Position numbers and translations under genes: made by a program
Shown: piece by piece, positions 14,051 to 25,841 of the stretch
How positions within the stretch are numbered: position 1 is the stretch's first letter
Layout: each line of letters starts with the position of its first letter
Notes under the pieces: generated by a model
Database searches by the model: none
The model's input: the letters and a program-made list of their open reading frames with translations, nothing else
Told to the model about the DNA's origin: nothing
Origin: Amoebophrya sp. A120
Lineage: Eukaryota > Protista > Dinoflagellata
Direction of reading: 5' to 3'
Length of the DNA stretch: 64,000 bases
NCBI GenBank assembly: GCA_905178155.1
Contig: CAJINV010000005.1
Coordinates: 8,471,591-8,535,590 of the forward strand

Positions 14051-15349
14051 CCGGACCTGTGCAGGCGGGTTGCGCAGGTATCTGCGCAGATCCCTGCTCT
14101 CGGATCTGTGCAAATACCTGCACAGCTCCCTGCACATGCATCAGTCGCGTGATGTAACTTCCAGGTTGCAGTCATCGCTAGGTGGTTCTAGGTTGGGCGG
14201 AATTGACCAATGTGCATTTTCCACCCATGGAAGACAGAAACTCGCCCTCGTTATTATCGCAAGCACAATAGAGAAGTTGAACAGGAGAACGAACAAGAAG
14301 ATCGTAGATCGGTATAACAGGTTTTACACGACCGTATTGCGCGGCTTTGTTTATAATCTATTTCGAATATGTGTTTCACAGGTGAAAATTGAATGTACAA
14401 CTACAGCAGATCGCTTCAACGACAACTATGATTCATTTCTTCAGGTTTTCTTGTACAAAACAAAAGAATAGACCAAAGCAGATTGTTTGATTTTTCTTGA
14501 AAAAACGTATGGTATCACGACCTTCTAACTTCGAATGCAATTGTATACCCGCAACTAGACCATCTCTACGCACCAGCTTTACTCGCTTGTGGTTCAGCGC
14601 CAGAGTATGGAGGACGGCACCAGAGGAAACAAGTATCGCCTGTGCGAGTACTAGTTTAGTAACGATCTTCGCGTGACTTATTTTACAACTATTCTGTACG
14701 ATTTCTGTTTCTCTTCAGACTAGGATCCCGATGTAAAAGTAGAGAAGCGCACCAGCGGCTTGCTTCCAGGCACATCAAGCTCCTGAGAATACCAGAAGGA
14801 GAACAAGATATTGCGGTGTCTGCGGCAGCCAGATTCAACGACACGGACTCTACAAAGGATTTTTGAAATTTGAGAACAATTCATTGAATTCACAAAGCAC
14901 CGTATCTTCAGAATTCTGCGCCTTTTTCCTTTCTATAAATCGCGTTCGCGCATAGGCAGGTGGAGCGACAGCTCCTTTCGTACTGGAGTACCATCTAGTG
15001 GACAAGAGAAATTAACGCCTCGTGGTCATCGTGTCTTGATCGCCGCTCGTTTATTTCTCTTTCGAAATCTGTATGTCTCGTTATCGTTTATCGTCGTTTC
15101 CCTCGCTCGATGTTGATCGTTATGTCGTTTCTCTTTGTCGTCCAATAAGGCCGTTCTGATTTTCTCGTCAACGCTCGCTTTGGGAGTAAAAATTGAGCTG
15201 TAATATTTTTGGTTTCTGCAGTCACACAAATGCCGAGAAAAAAAAAATACGGTAGAAAAAATCAAAAAGCACCTAGAAAAAATCAAACCGGGCTCCCACT
15301 GTAGAAAAACCCTGTCGGGTGCTTTGAGAAAAATCGAGAAGAAAGCAAG

Positions 15350-17450
15350 AAAAATTTTCTCCGCGCGCTCCGCGCGCGAGGTTGTTTCTCGGCGCTCCCC
15401 GCACATGGGGCGCGCCCCCACCTCCATCTGTCGCCTGAAAAAAATTCTCCGCGTGTTGTCTGTGCGCTCCCGCCTGGTTGCGTGGCCCCCTCGCCCGAGA
15501 AATTTTTTCCGGGCGGCCCTAGCGCACGCGGTGAGGCTGGTACTCAGCGTTCCCCGCAAATGGGACGCGCCCCGGCCTCCGTCTGTCGCTTGAAAAATTC
15601 TGCCCGCGCGCGCGTTGTTTCTCAGCGTTCGCCACACATCGGGCGCGCCTCCACCTCCGTCTGTCAGTTGATAAATTTCCTCCGCGCGCTGAGCGCGTGG
15701 CTTTGCTGCCTCTGCTTTTTTCTGGTTCGCGAAGTATGTTGCTTCGGTTTTTCTGCACCCAATTCGCGGCCCCGCCTGGTTGTGTGGCCCGCCGGTCGGG
15801 AAAATTTTCTCCGCGCGCTGCGCGCGCGGCGAGATTGCTTCTTAGCGTCGCGCGCGCATTACATGGGGCGCGCACGCACCTCCGTCCGCCTCTTGAAAAA
15901 TTTTCATTCTCCGCGCGTTGCGCGCGCGGCAAAGTTGCTTCGCAGCGATGCCCGTACATAGGGCGCGCCCCCACATCCGTCCGCTGCTTGAGAAATTTTC
16001 CCCGCGCGCTGCGCGCGCGGCGCGGTTGCTTCTCAGCGTCCCCCCCACATGGGGCGCGCACCCAGCTCCGCCCGCCGCTTCAGTTCTCCGCGCGCCGCCC
16101 GCGCTTCTCAGCGCCCCCCGCTCATAGGGCGCGCACCCACCTCCGTCTGCCGCTTGAAAAATTTTCTCCGCGCGCTGCGCGCGCGGCGAGGTTGGTTCTC
16201 AGCGTTCCCCGCATATGGCGCGCGCACGCAGCTCCGTCTGCCGCTTGAGAGATTTTTTTTCTCCGCGTGTTGCGCGCGCGGCAAGGTTGCTTCTCAGCGT
16301 TGCCCACATATGGGGCGCGCACCCACCTCCGTCGGCCGCTTGAAAAATTTTCTCCGCGCGCTGCGCGCGCGGCAAGTTTCATCTAGAGCGCGCACCCACC
16401 TCCGTTCGCCTGTTGAAAAATTTTCTCCGCGCGCTGCGCGCGCGGCGAGTTTTCTTCTCGGCGTTCCCCGCACATGGGACGCGCACCCACCTCCGTTCGC
16501 CGCTTGATTTGAAAAATTTTCTCCGCGCGCTGCGCGCGCGGCGCGTTTTCCTCTCAGCGTTTTCCGCCCCTGGGGCGCGCACCCACCTACGTCCGCCGCT
16601 TGAGAAATTTCCTCCGCGCGCGCTGCGCGCGCGGCGCGGTTGCTTCTCAGCGTTCCCCACACCTGGGGCGCGCACCCACCTCCGTCTGCCGCATGAGAAA
16701 TTTTCTCCGCGCGCCGCCCGCGCGCGCGCCGCGGTTGCTTCTCAGCGTTCCCCGCACATGGGGCGCGCACCCAGCTCCGTCTGCCGCTTGGTTGAGAATT
16801 TTTCTCCGCGGCGCGCGCTGCGCGCGCGGAGAGCTTGCTTCTCAGCGCCCCCCGCATATGGGGTGCGCACCCAACCCCGTCCGCCGCGTGAAAAATCTTC
16901 TCCGCGCGCGGCGAGGTTGCTTCTCAACGTCCCCCACACATGGGGCGCGTGCCCATCTACGCCCGTCGCTTGGAAAATTTTTTCCGCGCGCGCAAAGTTG
17001 TTTCTCGGCGTTCTCCCCACATGGGGCGCGCACGGCCCCCCTCCGTCTGCCGCTTGAAAATTTTTCTCCGCGCGCGCGCGCGGCGAAAATGCTTCTCAGC
17101 GTTCCCCACACATGGGGCGCGCACGGCCCCCCTCCGTCTGCCGCTTGAAAAATTTTCTCCGCGCGCTGCGCGCGCGGCGAGTTTGTTTCGCAGCGTTCCC
17201 CACACATGGGGCGCGCACGGCCCGCCTCCGTCTGCTGCTTGGAAATTAATTTTTTCTGCTCCCCCCGCATATCGGGCGCGCCCCCACCTCCGTCCGCCGC
17301 TTGAAAAATTCCCCCCGCGCGCTGCGCGCGCGGCGCGGTTGCTTCTCAGCCGTCCCCGCACATGGGGCGCGCACCAACTTCGTTCGCCGCTTGGGGAATT
17401 TTCTTCGCGCGCTACGCGCGCGGCGAGGTGGCTCCTCAGCGTTCCGGGTG
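15350..17450. repeat. GC/CpG-rich satellite, ~90-bp unit, ~22 copies
   Basis: Unit ~GAAAAATTTTCTCCGCGCGCTGCGCGCGCGGCGAGGTTGCTTCTCAGCGTTCCCCGCACATGGGGCGCGCACCCACCTCCGTCTGCCGCTT. Confidence 0.95.
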
Positions 17451-17634
17451 GAGGTCTTTTGATTTTCTCCGGAGGCGTTTGATTTTTTCTACAGTATTTT
17501 GGACGTTTTCGGCCGTTGGCCTCGAATGGGCGGGACGAGAAGACTTTCGAGAAAAAGCGAGAACTTCGAGAAAAGGTGAGAACTTCTCGAGTTCTTGCCG
17601 TTTTCTCGTTTCTCTCGGTTTCGGATGAGCGCTG

Positions 17635-17668
17635 TTTGATTTTTTCTACAGCTGTAGAAAAAATCAAA
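17635..17668. repeat. Perfect 34-bp palindrome
   Basis: TTTGATTTTTTCTACAG|CTGTAGAAAAAATCAAA. Confidence 0.9.
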
Positions 17669-17945
17669 ACGAGGCGTTTGCTTTTTGTAAGAAAAGTCGT
17701 CGTCTCTGTGTTTTCTCGTTTGATTTTCTCTTGATGTCTTTTCTCTTCTGTTTTCTCTTTTTTTCCCTTTTTGATTTTTTCTACCTGTTTTCGATTTTTT
17801 TTTTTTCTACAATCTGTAGAAAAAATCAAATATTTTATGCGCGGCGACTGACACAAATACACAACAAAGGAAAAATCCACGAGGCAGCTGGTCGTGCTTG
17901 CAAGAGCGTTGTCTTGGTTGAGCTTGACAAAGGAAAACTAATACC

Positions 17946-18502
17946 ATGCCCAATTCCCCCTGCAAGGCCGAGAACTTCTCCCTCGGCATCGAAGTGCCGA
18001 AGTTGAAGAAGCCGAGTAAGGAACCGTTGGTGCCCACCGAGAAGGTCGCGGGGTTCTTCCTGCAATTCAAGGAGTCCCTGCCGAAAAAGCTCGAGATTCC
18101 GGAGGAGAAAGACCTCCAGAAGGGACTGCAGAGCGGTAGAATGGTTTTTGTTATACAACTTTGAGTATGAAAAAAAAAGATAATGTAGTTTGACGACTTC
18201 ATGCTTGTCATGATGAAAATAATGTTGAGTAGGAAGGAGAAAGCAAAACTGCATCCTCTCTTACAGTGCCGGTCCCGAACTTTACGAAGTTTAATGTGGA
18301 AGCGCACAAGAAGATGGTCGAAAAACAGGAAGAGGAACGCGCGCAGCACAACAAGAAGTTCGTCGAGGCGCAGCGCGCGGCGGCGTTGAAGCCGGTGCAG
18401 CAACCGGTGTGCGCGTCCGCGCGCACCCCCTGGACACCCCGAGTACCAGCCGGTTTACGCATAGGAACAACGAAAAGGCGATCGAGGACCAAGAAGCGCT
18501 AG
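17946..18502 (+). pseudogene. Chimeric or truncated paralog of the 19898 gene, fused out of frame to a copy of the 3' end of gene 1498
   Basis: GT-AG intron 18136-18266 at the same position as in 19898; homology to 19898 stops at ...KPVQQPV (~18409), then the sequence switches to a copy of 4038 onward. Confidence 0.65.
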
Positions 18503-19535
18503 ACGCGGCGCTGCCCGCGCCGGACCGCAGTACGAGATCAATCGGCGGGAACGCCGCGAGGGTGGGGTCGGTCACGGTGACGGGATCAACATCTTCTGCA
18601 AATGAACAGGATAATGCAAATGAGCAAAGCAGGAATGCTAGCGGTACGAGTCGGGCAAGTCGTAGAAGTTCCAAAAGCAAGAGGAATTTTGCTGAACTAA
18701 ATCTAGAAGAAACAGCGGCGCTGTTAGGCGAGGACGACACCAGCAGCCCAGAAAGAAATTCAGTGTCGAGAAAGGGAAAGGGGAAGGGCAAGAAAGGAAC
18801 GTGAACGAAAAGACAATAAACTTGAAAACTTCTTTCGCGTGCCTGTATGATGAAACAAGATTAACTGTTGTGTTTCGAATGCTTGCAGGATGTGCCGCCA
18901 CAAAAAACCGTGTGGTCAGTAAAGTTTCCAAGAAGAAGAATTATTTTAGTACTTTTTTAGTACAACAGCTCCTGCAAAAGTTTGCCTGAAGCTCTATCAC
19001 GAACTACACTCATCTGTCTTGTTCCAGAACGGAAGGCAGCGATCTTCTTCCTCTTCTGGGGTTTTAGATATAATTACAATCGTGGTACGACGTATGCACC
19101 GTAGAAACCGTATTAGCCCGTTCATACTCATAACTCGTAAATTTCGATGAGTCGCATGATTTGTCGTTGAGAGATAGGGCTGCATGCTCAGTCCCTTAGT
19201 CTCTCGGGTGTGCTGTCGAAAATCGTATCAGCATGACTCTCGTACGAATAGAGACGGGATCGAATGAATAAAATCGTGTTTCGTGTCTTATTTCAATTTG
19301 TCGCTGAGAGAGGGTCGTGCTCGTGGTCGCAACGTCGATGAGCCATCGTGTTTTGCCTCTTCGAGCTTTATTTTCGCTTCGTGTTCGTATCTCGGAAATC
19401 GAAATCGTCAGATGTGAATCTTCCGAATACACAAAGACTGTTGCAACGTGTCTCAGAAAGAAATACCGATTTCTCCGTAGGCGTTCTAGTTGTGCCAGTA
19501 AATAAGAAGTTTCGCGTAGGCGTTCTAGTTGTGTA
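18413..19535 (+). repeat. Diverged duplicate of ~4038-5095 (last exon and downstream region of gene 1498)
   Basis: Near-identical translation RAHPLDTPSTSRF...KGKGKKGT* and colinear 3' flank with indels. Confidence 0.9.
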
Positions 19536-19897
19536 AGAAGTTTCGTGTAGTCGGCACCAGATTCTCGATCTCGAGTCGTCCTCGTCATTCGTTTTCGCTA
19601 CCTTCTGCCATCATCAGTTCGCCGTCGTTTGTCCGCTCGATCCTCGCTTCGTTTTCGTTCTCCCTGCATGGGGAGGTGCTCTGGTCAATGTTTGTTTCTG
19701 AAACTGTCTTTCATTCGCAAACAAAAAACTAGCAGAAGCAGACCGTCTAGTCTAGAGTAGAAGAAACGAACAGGAAACTTGTTTCGCTTGGAAACTTCTT
19801 TCTAGTACAAGCAAGGCAGCGAACTTCTTGTGTTCTTGCAAGAATAAATTGCTCACCTTCAACATCGCCTGTCTTTCAACATCCTGCTGTGTCGAAA

Positions 19898-20712
19898 ATG
19901 CCGAATACCCCGTCCAAAACGGAGATGCCGTCGCTGGGCCTCACCATGCCGCAATTTCGGGTCCCGTCGAAGGAGTTTCTCGTGCCGGATGAGAAGGTGG
20001 AACTGCTGACGAAAAAAGGCCTAAACGCCTTCAAACAGTCCTTGCCGAAGGGCATCGAAATTCCGGACGAAGAAAATCCGCACAAGGGTGTGTCCAGCGG
20101 TAGGAATTATATTATCTGATGTGTAAATTATTTATTTATATCAAATGTTTGTTGAGAATCTTCTCGATCTCGACCTCCTACCTTGATTTTGCTTTTTTCA
20201 CGTGAGGAGATACACGTAAGGAGAAAGCAAAACTGCATCTTCTATTACAGTGCCGTTTCCCAAATTCACGGAGTTCGACATCGAGGCGCACAAGAAGATG
20301 GTCGAAAAACAGGAAGAGGAACGCGCGCAGCACAACAAGAAGTTCGTCGAGGCGCAGCGCGCGGCGGCGTTGAAGCCGGTGCAGCAACCGGTGCAGCCGG
20401 AGGGCTCGGTGTACACCGGTCCGTCGGCGTTTTTCCCGTGCAATCCGAAGCTCGGTCTGGCCCAGTACATCGTGAAAACCGAATTGCAGAAACTGGTGGA
20501 CTATCCCTTGCAAAAGTATCGTCCTAGTAGAAATCCAAATCGCGTTGAAAATTCGGTCAGCATATATGGAATTTGTGATGCTGATTTCACTTCACAACTA
20601 GATTTGTACATACGAGTGCGATCCTTTTGCAATGCATATCGATGGTTCCGACGCGTCCTCGGACGTGAAACTGCAATTGCAGGAGATCATGGAGAAGGTC
20701 GCGAAAATCTGA
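19898..20712 (+). CDS. Hypothetical protein, MP(Q/N)(S/T)P family, 3 exons
   Basis: GT-AG intron 20100-20250; introner 20502-20638 (KLVD|GSDASSDVKLQLQEIMEKVAKI*). Confidence 0.8.
20502..20638. mobile_element. Introner family B
   Basis: DR tggac/tcgat. Confidence 0.88.
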
Positions 20713-21832
20713 TGAGGTTCTTGGTTTCAGGAATGAGTAGAACGAAGCTTCGGCTTCGTTTTATGGGAACTAGGGCTTTATTCACACCTTCGACATCCAC
20801 GAACAGCATGAGTTTCAGTGCGCATCAAATGATAGATTTTATTACTAGCAACCAGGAATGTTTGAGCGAGTTATGAGCAGATTGTGACAGTGAATTGACC
20901 TGTACGCTCTTGTTCTTTCTAGTGCGTTTAGAATGTGAATCTTCGTTTTTTGTAAACAATGAATTCAAAATCAAAAATATGGGAAAACTCTTCTAGATCT
21001 ACGTACCTAGCCGCACGTATTCAGCAGTTGGGTTTCCGATTGAAATCTGTACAGAAGCAAAAAAATCAAGGCACTACAATCAAAATTAATTTCAGTATTC
21101 TCCTTCAGACATTTTATTAGAGCCAGCTATGTATCGCTACGAAAAGGAAAAGAATAAAGAAAAACAATACAAAAATTGGACGCTCACTGTACATCTAAGA
21201 ACGTTGATGGATAAAGTCCCGCGCTTTCAGCATCGCCGCCGCTTTTTCAACGTGGAGCGTAATCGTTAGATTCTTGAAAGACAAACGGATAGGAAAAAAC
21301 TTTATCTCAATGATGTTGCTGGGCATGATGCGCACAGCATAGCACGCCCTACAACTTGTGAAGATGAAGGGTGTTTTAGTGTGCCGACCGTGTTTGTTTT
21401 TCCATGGTACCAGGAAGGCGAAGGTCGGTCATGGGTTTCTGTCTCCTGGGTAGCTACAAGTCGTGTTTTTTTCTTTTCGTCATTGGGGGAACTGAAATTG
21501 CAGAGCAAATGGGCGGTCCATGAGGATTTCAAAATCGTGTATGTGCTTTCGAAAACTACAGGCAAGGTAGCAAATACATTCGTCGTTTTACTCGTTCTTG
21601 ACGACGAAACAAAAGCAGGCACCCCTCATCTTTTCGCGACCCCCACCAAACACGCCTCTTAAACCCCCATAAAACTCCCTTTGTTTCTTTTCGCTTGACC
21701 TCGAAATGTAAGTGAGCAGGAGCCTCCTGTGAAGCTGAAACAAAATTCCGAATCAAGTCGCGTAACGTAAAAAGCTGTACGTCTTGTTGCATAAACCGTT
21801 GCTTTTTCAAGACAGAAAAGCCAAAGTCAACA

Positions 21833-22462
21833 ATGCTCCGTGACAAGTACCCCGCCCCCCGACGCGGCGCCCGGCCGCAAACTGGCACTTGTTTGCCCCA
21901 CTGCCAAATGACGGAAGAATCCTCCGAGGCGATATTCAAGGAATTCGTGGAAAGAGCGACAGAGATGCTGCAGGGAAACGACAAGGACGCGCTCGACTAC
22001 TGTGTCGAAGTGGGCCCAACGGGGATCAGCGTCCCGTCTACTTTCCCGGCGTTTCACTGGAATTCACGGACGATGAGGCCAGCAGGTAAAGACGGTGGCA
22101 TGAACACGATGAACACCAGGAATTGTTTTATGGTCGGTACCGAGTTCGCGCACATCCACGCGAAGTACTTTGAAAAAGATCCATTAAGAAGCGCAAAACA
22201 AGACACCCGAGAGCGAGACCGCCCCTGGCAGGTGTGGCAAGGCGGGGGGTTAGGATCAATGCATTTGACGCTGGATCTCCAAGACGCGGAGGAGCTGAAC
22301 CGCCTTGGGTGGACTGAATTCCATCTGCTAGCCGCGCAGAAGCACCCGGGAGTGCCGGCGGGGTTGGTGCTGGTTTACGCACCAAGGAATGAGGAGGAGA
22401 TTGAGGTTTGTTTGAAGATTTTACAAGCAAGTTTGGATTTCGTGGTAGCGCATTTTAGATAA
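21833..22462 (+). CDS. DUF5519 / fungal-luciferase-like family protein, intronless, copy 1
   Basis: Family motifs PxRxGxRP, PHxQ, EFAHIH, GSMHLxL, GWxExHxLA and VYAPRNEEEIEV..KILQAS. Confidence 0.85.
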   Translation: MLRDKYPAPRRGARPQTGTCLPHCQMTEESSEAIFKEFVERATEMLQGNDKDALDYCVEVGPTGISVPSTFPAFHWNSRTMRPAGKDGGMNTMNTRNCFMVGTEFAHIHAKYFEKDPLRSAKQDTRERDRPWQVWQGGGLGSMHLTLDLQDAEELNRLGWTEFHLLAAQKHPGVPAGLVLVYAPRNEEEIEVCLKILQASLDFVVAHFR

Positions 22463-22994
22463 AGATTTTAGGATCGAGTTTATTGAGGCTAAAAACGGTG
22501 GAAAAGAAAGGAACCAGCTGAACTCAACTTGTCTTCACCGCCTTTAGCTGCTGCTGCTGTAGTGCGCAGGTCTGTACGGTTCGGCTATGACTTGTGCACG
22601 AGTAGTGCAAGAACCCGTGTTCATCTTTTGTGGTGTGGCCACGTGGCCAGGTCGTCTCGTTTCGATGCGTTTCGTCTACAGGACAGGAAAGACTTCTGAA
22701 TCTGAGTTCAACAATGTTGATTCAGACGAGCGGAGAGGCAGGATAAAATGTTGAGTCAATCGAGCGAAAAACAGTTCTGTCGTATTCGTCGTGATAATAT
22801 GGAGGTTTGCACAGCTAGCGTCTCGTCGTTCGAGCGAAAGCTGAAGTTCCTCCACTATGATCGTAGGAACTTCTTCTACGCGTATATGAATGAAATTGAA
22901 AAGTAACTACTAGTAGTACTAGTACACACGACACCATCCAGCATACTACTGTGAAGAGCAACAGCACATCAAAAGAACACATCCCGAAAACAAA

Positions 22995-23585
22995 ATGGCG
23001 CCGAAAAAGAAGAGAGACAAGAATGGCGCCGAGGAAAAAGTAAAGCCGTCCTTCACCACCTTCGTTCGGCTACACGGGACTCTCGACGGTGATTCTGAAA
23101 ACTTGTCAATCAAAGAATCACGGGAAGAGTCTCTTGATGGAGGACGAAGCACGAGTAAATCCAGGTCAAAATCTCCGTCGCCGAAAAAGCACACGAAAAA
23201 GGCGAATTCGGTATCCACTGCATGAAGGCGCAGCGCGCGGCGCGCGGCGGCGTTGAAGCCGGTGCAGCAACCGGTGCAGCCGGAGGGCTCGGTCTACCCC
23301 GGTCCGTCGGCGTTTTTCCTGTGCAATCCGAAGCTCGGTCTGGCCCAGTACATCGTGAAAACCGAATTGCAGAAACTGGTGGACTATCCCTTGCAAAAGT
23401 ATCGTCCTAGTAGAAATCCAAATCGCGTTGAAAATTCGGTCAGCATATATGGAATTTGTGATGCTGATTTCACTTCACATACATACGAGTGCGATCCTTT
23501 TGCAATGCATATCGATGGTTCCGACGCATCCTCGGAGATGAAAGTGAAGCTCTTGGAGATTATGGAGAAGGTCGCGAAAATCTGA
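22995..23585 (+). pseudogene. Chimeric junction: 5' 72 codons of the 25842 gene, an introner stub, then the 3' part of the 19898 gene
   Basis: MAPKKKRDKNG...KANS, then TATCCACTGCATG (23212-23224), then a copy of 20350 onward. Confidence 0.7.
23385..23511. mobile_element. Introner family B (duplicate of 20502)
   Basis: DR tggac/tcgat; 10-bp internal deletion. Confidence 0.88.
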
Positions 23586-24698
23586 TGAGGCTGGTTTCAG
23601 GAGTGAGTAGAACGAAGCTTCGGCTTCGTTTTATGGGAACTAGGGCTTTCTTCACACCTTCGACATCCAAGAACAGCAAGAGTTTCAGCAAGTATTAAAT
23701 GGGAGACTTTATTACTAGCAACCAGGAATGTTTGAGCGAGTTATGAGCAGACTGTAACAGTGAATTGACCTGTACGCTCTTGTTCTTTCTAGTGCGTTTA
23801 GAATGTGAATCTTCGTTTTTTGTAAACAATCAATTCAAAATCAGAGATATAGCAAAACTTGTTCTAGATTTACATCCACCTAGCCTCGCGTATTCAGCAG
23901 TTGAGTTTTCTATTCGAAACTGTACAGAAGCAAAAAAATCAAGGCACTACAATCAAAATTAATTTCAGTATTCTTCTTCAGACAGTTTGTTATCTTATGG
24001 CCAGCTATGTATCGCTACGAAAAGAATAGAGAAAAACAATACAAAAATTGGACGCTCACTGTACATCTAAGAACGTTGATGGATATAGTCCCGCGCTTTC
24101 AGCATCACCGCCGCTTTTTCAACGCCGAGCGTATACTTAGATTCTTGAATGACAAACGGATAGGAAAAAACTTTATCTCAACGATGTTGCTGGGCATCAA
24201 GTGCGCGCAGCACAGCACCAACTACTTGTGAAGTTGAAGAGTGTTGTAGCGAGCCGACCGTGGTTGTTTGTGTGTATCAGGAAGAGAAGGTCGGCCATGT
24301 GTTTCTGTCTCGCGGGCACCACACCTACAAGTCGTGTTTTTTTCTTTTTGTCATCGGGGAAACTGAAATTCTCGGGAGCAAATGGGCGGTCAACGAGGAT
24401 TTCAAAGTCGTGCACAAGCACGTCGTGTTTTCGAAAACTACAGGCAAAGTACAAATCGCATTCGTATTCGTTCTTGAGGAAAAGCAGGCACCCCTCACCT
24501 TTTCGCGTCCCCCACCAAACACGCCTCTCAAACCACCATAAAACTCCTTTTGTTTCTTTTCGCCTGACCTCGAATTGGATAGTGAGGATGAGCTTATGTT
24601 GAGATTAAAAATTGTTCCGAAACAATTGCAACGCAAAAAGCTGTACGTCTTGTTGCGTCAACCCGTTTTTTTTCAAGACAGAAAAGGCCAAGTCAACA

Positions 24699-25319
24699 AT
24701 GCTCCGCGACAACTACCCCGCCCCGCGACCCGGCGCCCGGCCGCAAACCGGCACGTGCTTGCCCCACTGCCAGATGACCGAGGAATCCTCCGAGGTGATA
24801 TTCAAACAGTTTGTGGAAAAAGCGACAGAGATGCTGCAGGGAAAGAACGACAAGGAAACGCTTGATTACTGTGTCGAAGTGGGCCCAACGGGGATCAGCG
24901 TTCCTTCGACCTACCCTGCTTTTCACTGGAATCCGAAGACAATGAAACCAGCTAAAACCGGTGGCATGATGATGAGCACCAGAGATTGCTTCATGGTCGG
25001 TACCGAGTTCGCGCACATCCACGCCAAGTACTTTGAAAAAGATCCATTAAATGCAAAACAAAGGGGCCCAGTAGACCGCCCCTGGCAGGTGTGGCAAGGC
25101 GGGGGGTTAGGCTCGATGCACTTGACGCTGGATCTCCAAGATGCGGAGGAGCTGAACCGCCTCGGGTGGACAGAATTCCATCTTTTATCCGCGCAGAAGC
25201 ACCCGGGAGTGCCGCCGGGGTTGGTGCTGGTTTACGCACCAAGGAATGAGGAAGAGATTGAGGTCTGTCTGAAAATCTTAAAAGCGAGTTTGGATTTTGT
25301 GGTAGCGCATTTTCGATGA
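24699..25319 (+). CDS. DUF5519 / fungal-luciferase-like family protein, intronless, copy 2
   Basis: Same motifs as copy 1; intact frame with in-frame indels. Confidence 0.85.
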   Translation: MLRDNYPAPRPGARPQTGTCLPHCQMTEESSEVIFKQFVEKATEMLQGKNDKETLDYCVEVGPTGISVPSTYPAFHWNPKTMKPAKTGGMMMSTRDCFMVGTEFAHIHAKYFEKDPLNAKQRGPVDRPWQVWQGGGLGSMHLTLDLQDAEELNRLGWTEFHLLSAQKHPGVPPGLVLVYAPRNEEEIEVCLKILKASLDFVVAHFR

Positions 25320-25841
25320 GATTTTAGGATCGAGTTTGAGGCTAAGAACGGTGGAAAAGAAAGGAACCAGGTGAACTCAACTTGGTTTCACCCTTTAGCT
25401 GCTGCTGCTGTAGTTCGCAGGTCTGTCCGGTGCAGCTACGACTTGTGCACGAATAGTGCAAGAACCCGTGTTCAACATCTTCCGTGGTGTGGTCACGTGG
25501 CCATGTCGTCTCGTTTCGATGCATTTTGTCTAGAGGACAGGATAGACTTCTGAATCTGAGTTCAACGATGTTGATTTAGACGAGCGGAGAGAAAGGAAAA
25601 GACTTTGAGTCAATCGAGCGAAGAATAGAACAGTTGTCGTATTCGTCGTGATATAGAGGTTTGCATATCTAGTGTCTCGTCGTTCGAGCGAAAGCTGAAG
25701 TTCGTCTCCTATGATCGTAGAAACTTCTACGCGTATATGAATGAAAAGTAACTACTAGTAGTACTAGTACATCACACGACACCAGCATACTACTGTGAAG
25801 AGCAACAGGACATCAAAAGAACAAATCTCGAAAAAAACAAA

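Noticed and set aside
13575-17880. Long repetitive ORFs (GRRQVTCP; RAARAAR) on both strands
   Set aside because: Products of stop-poor tandem repeats, open in many frames at once.
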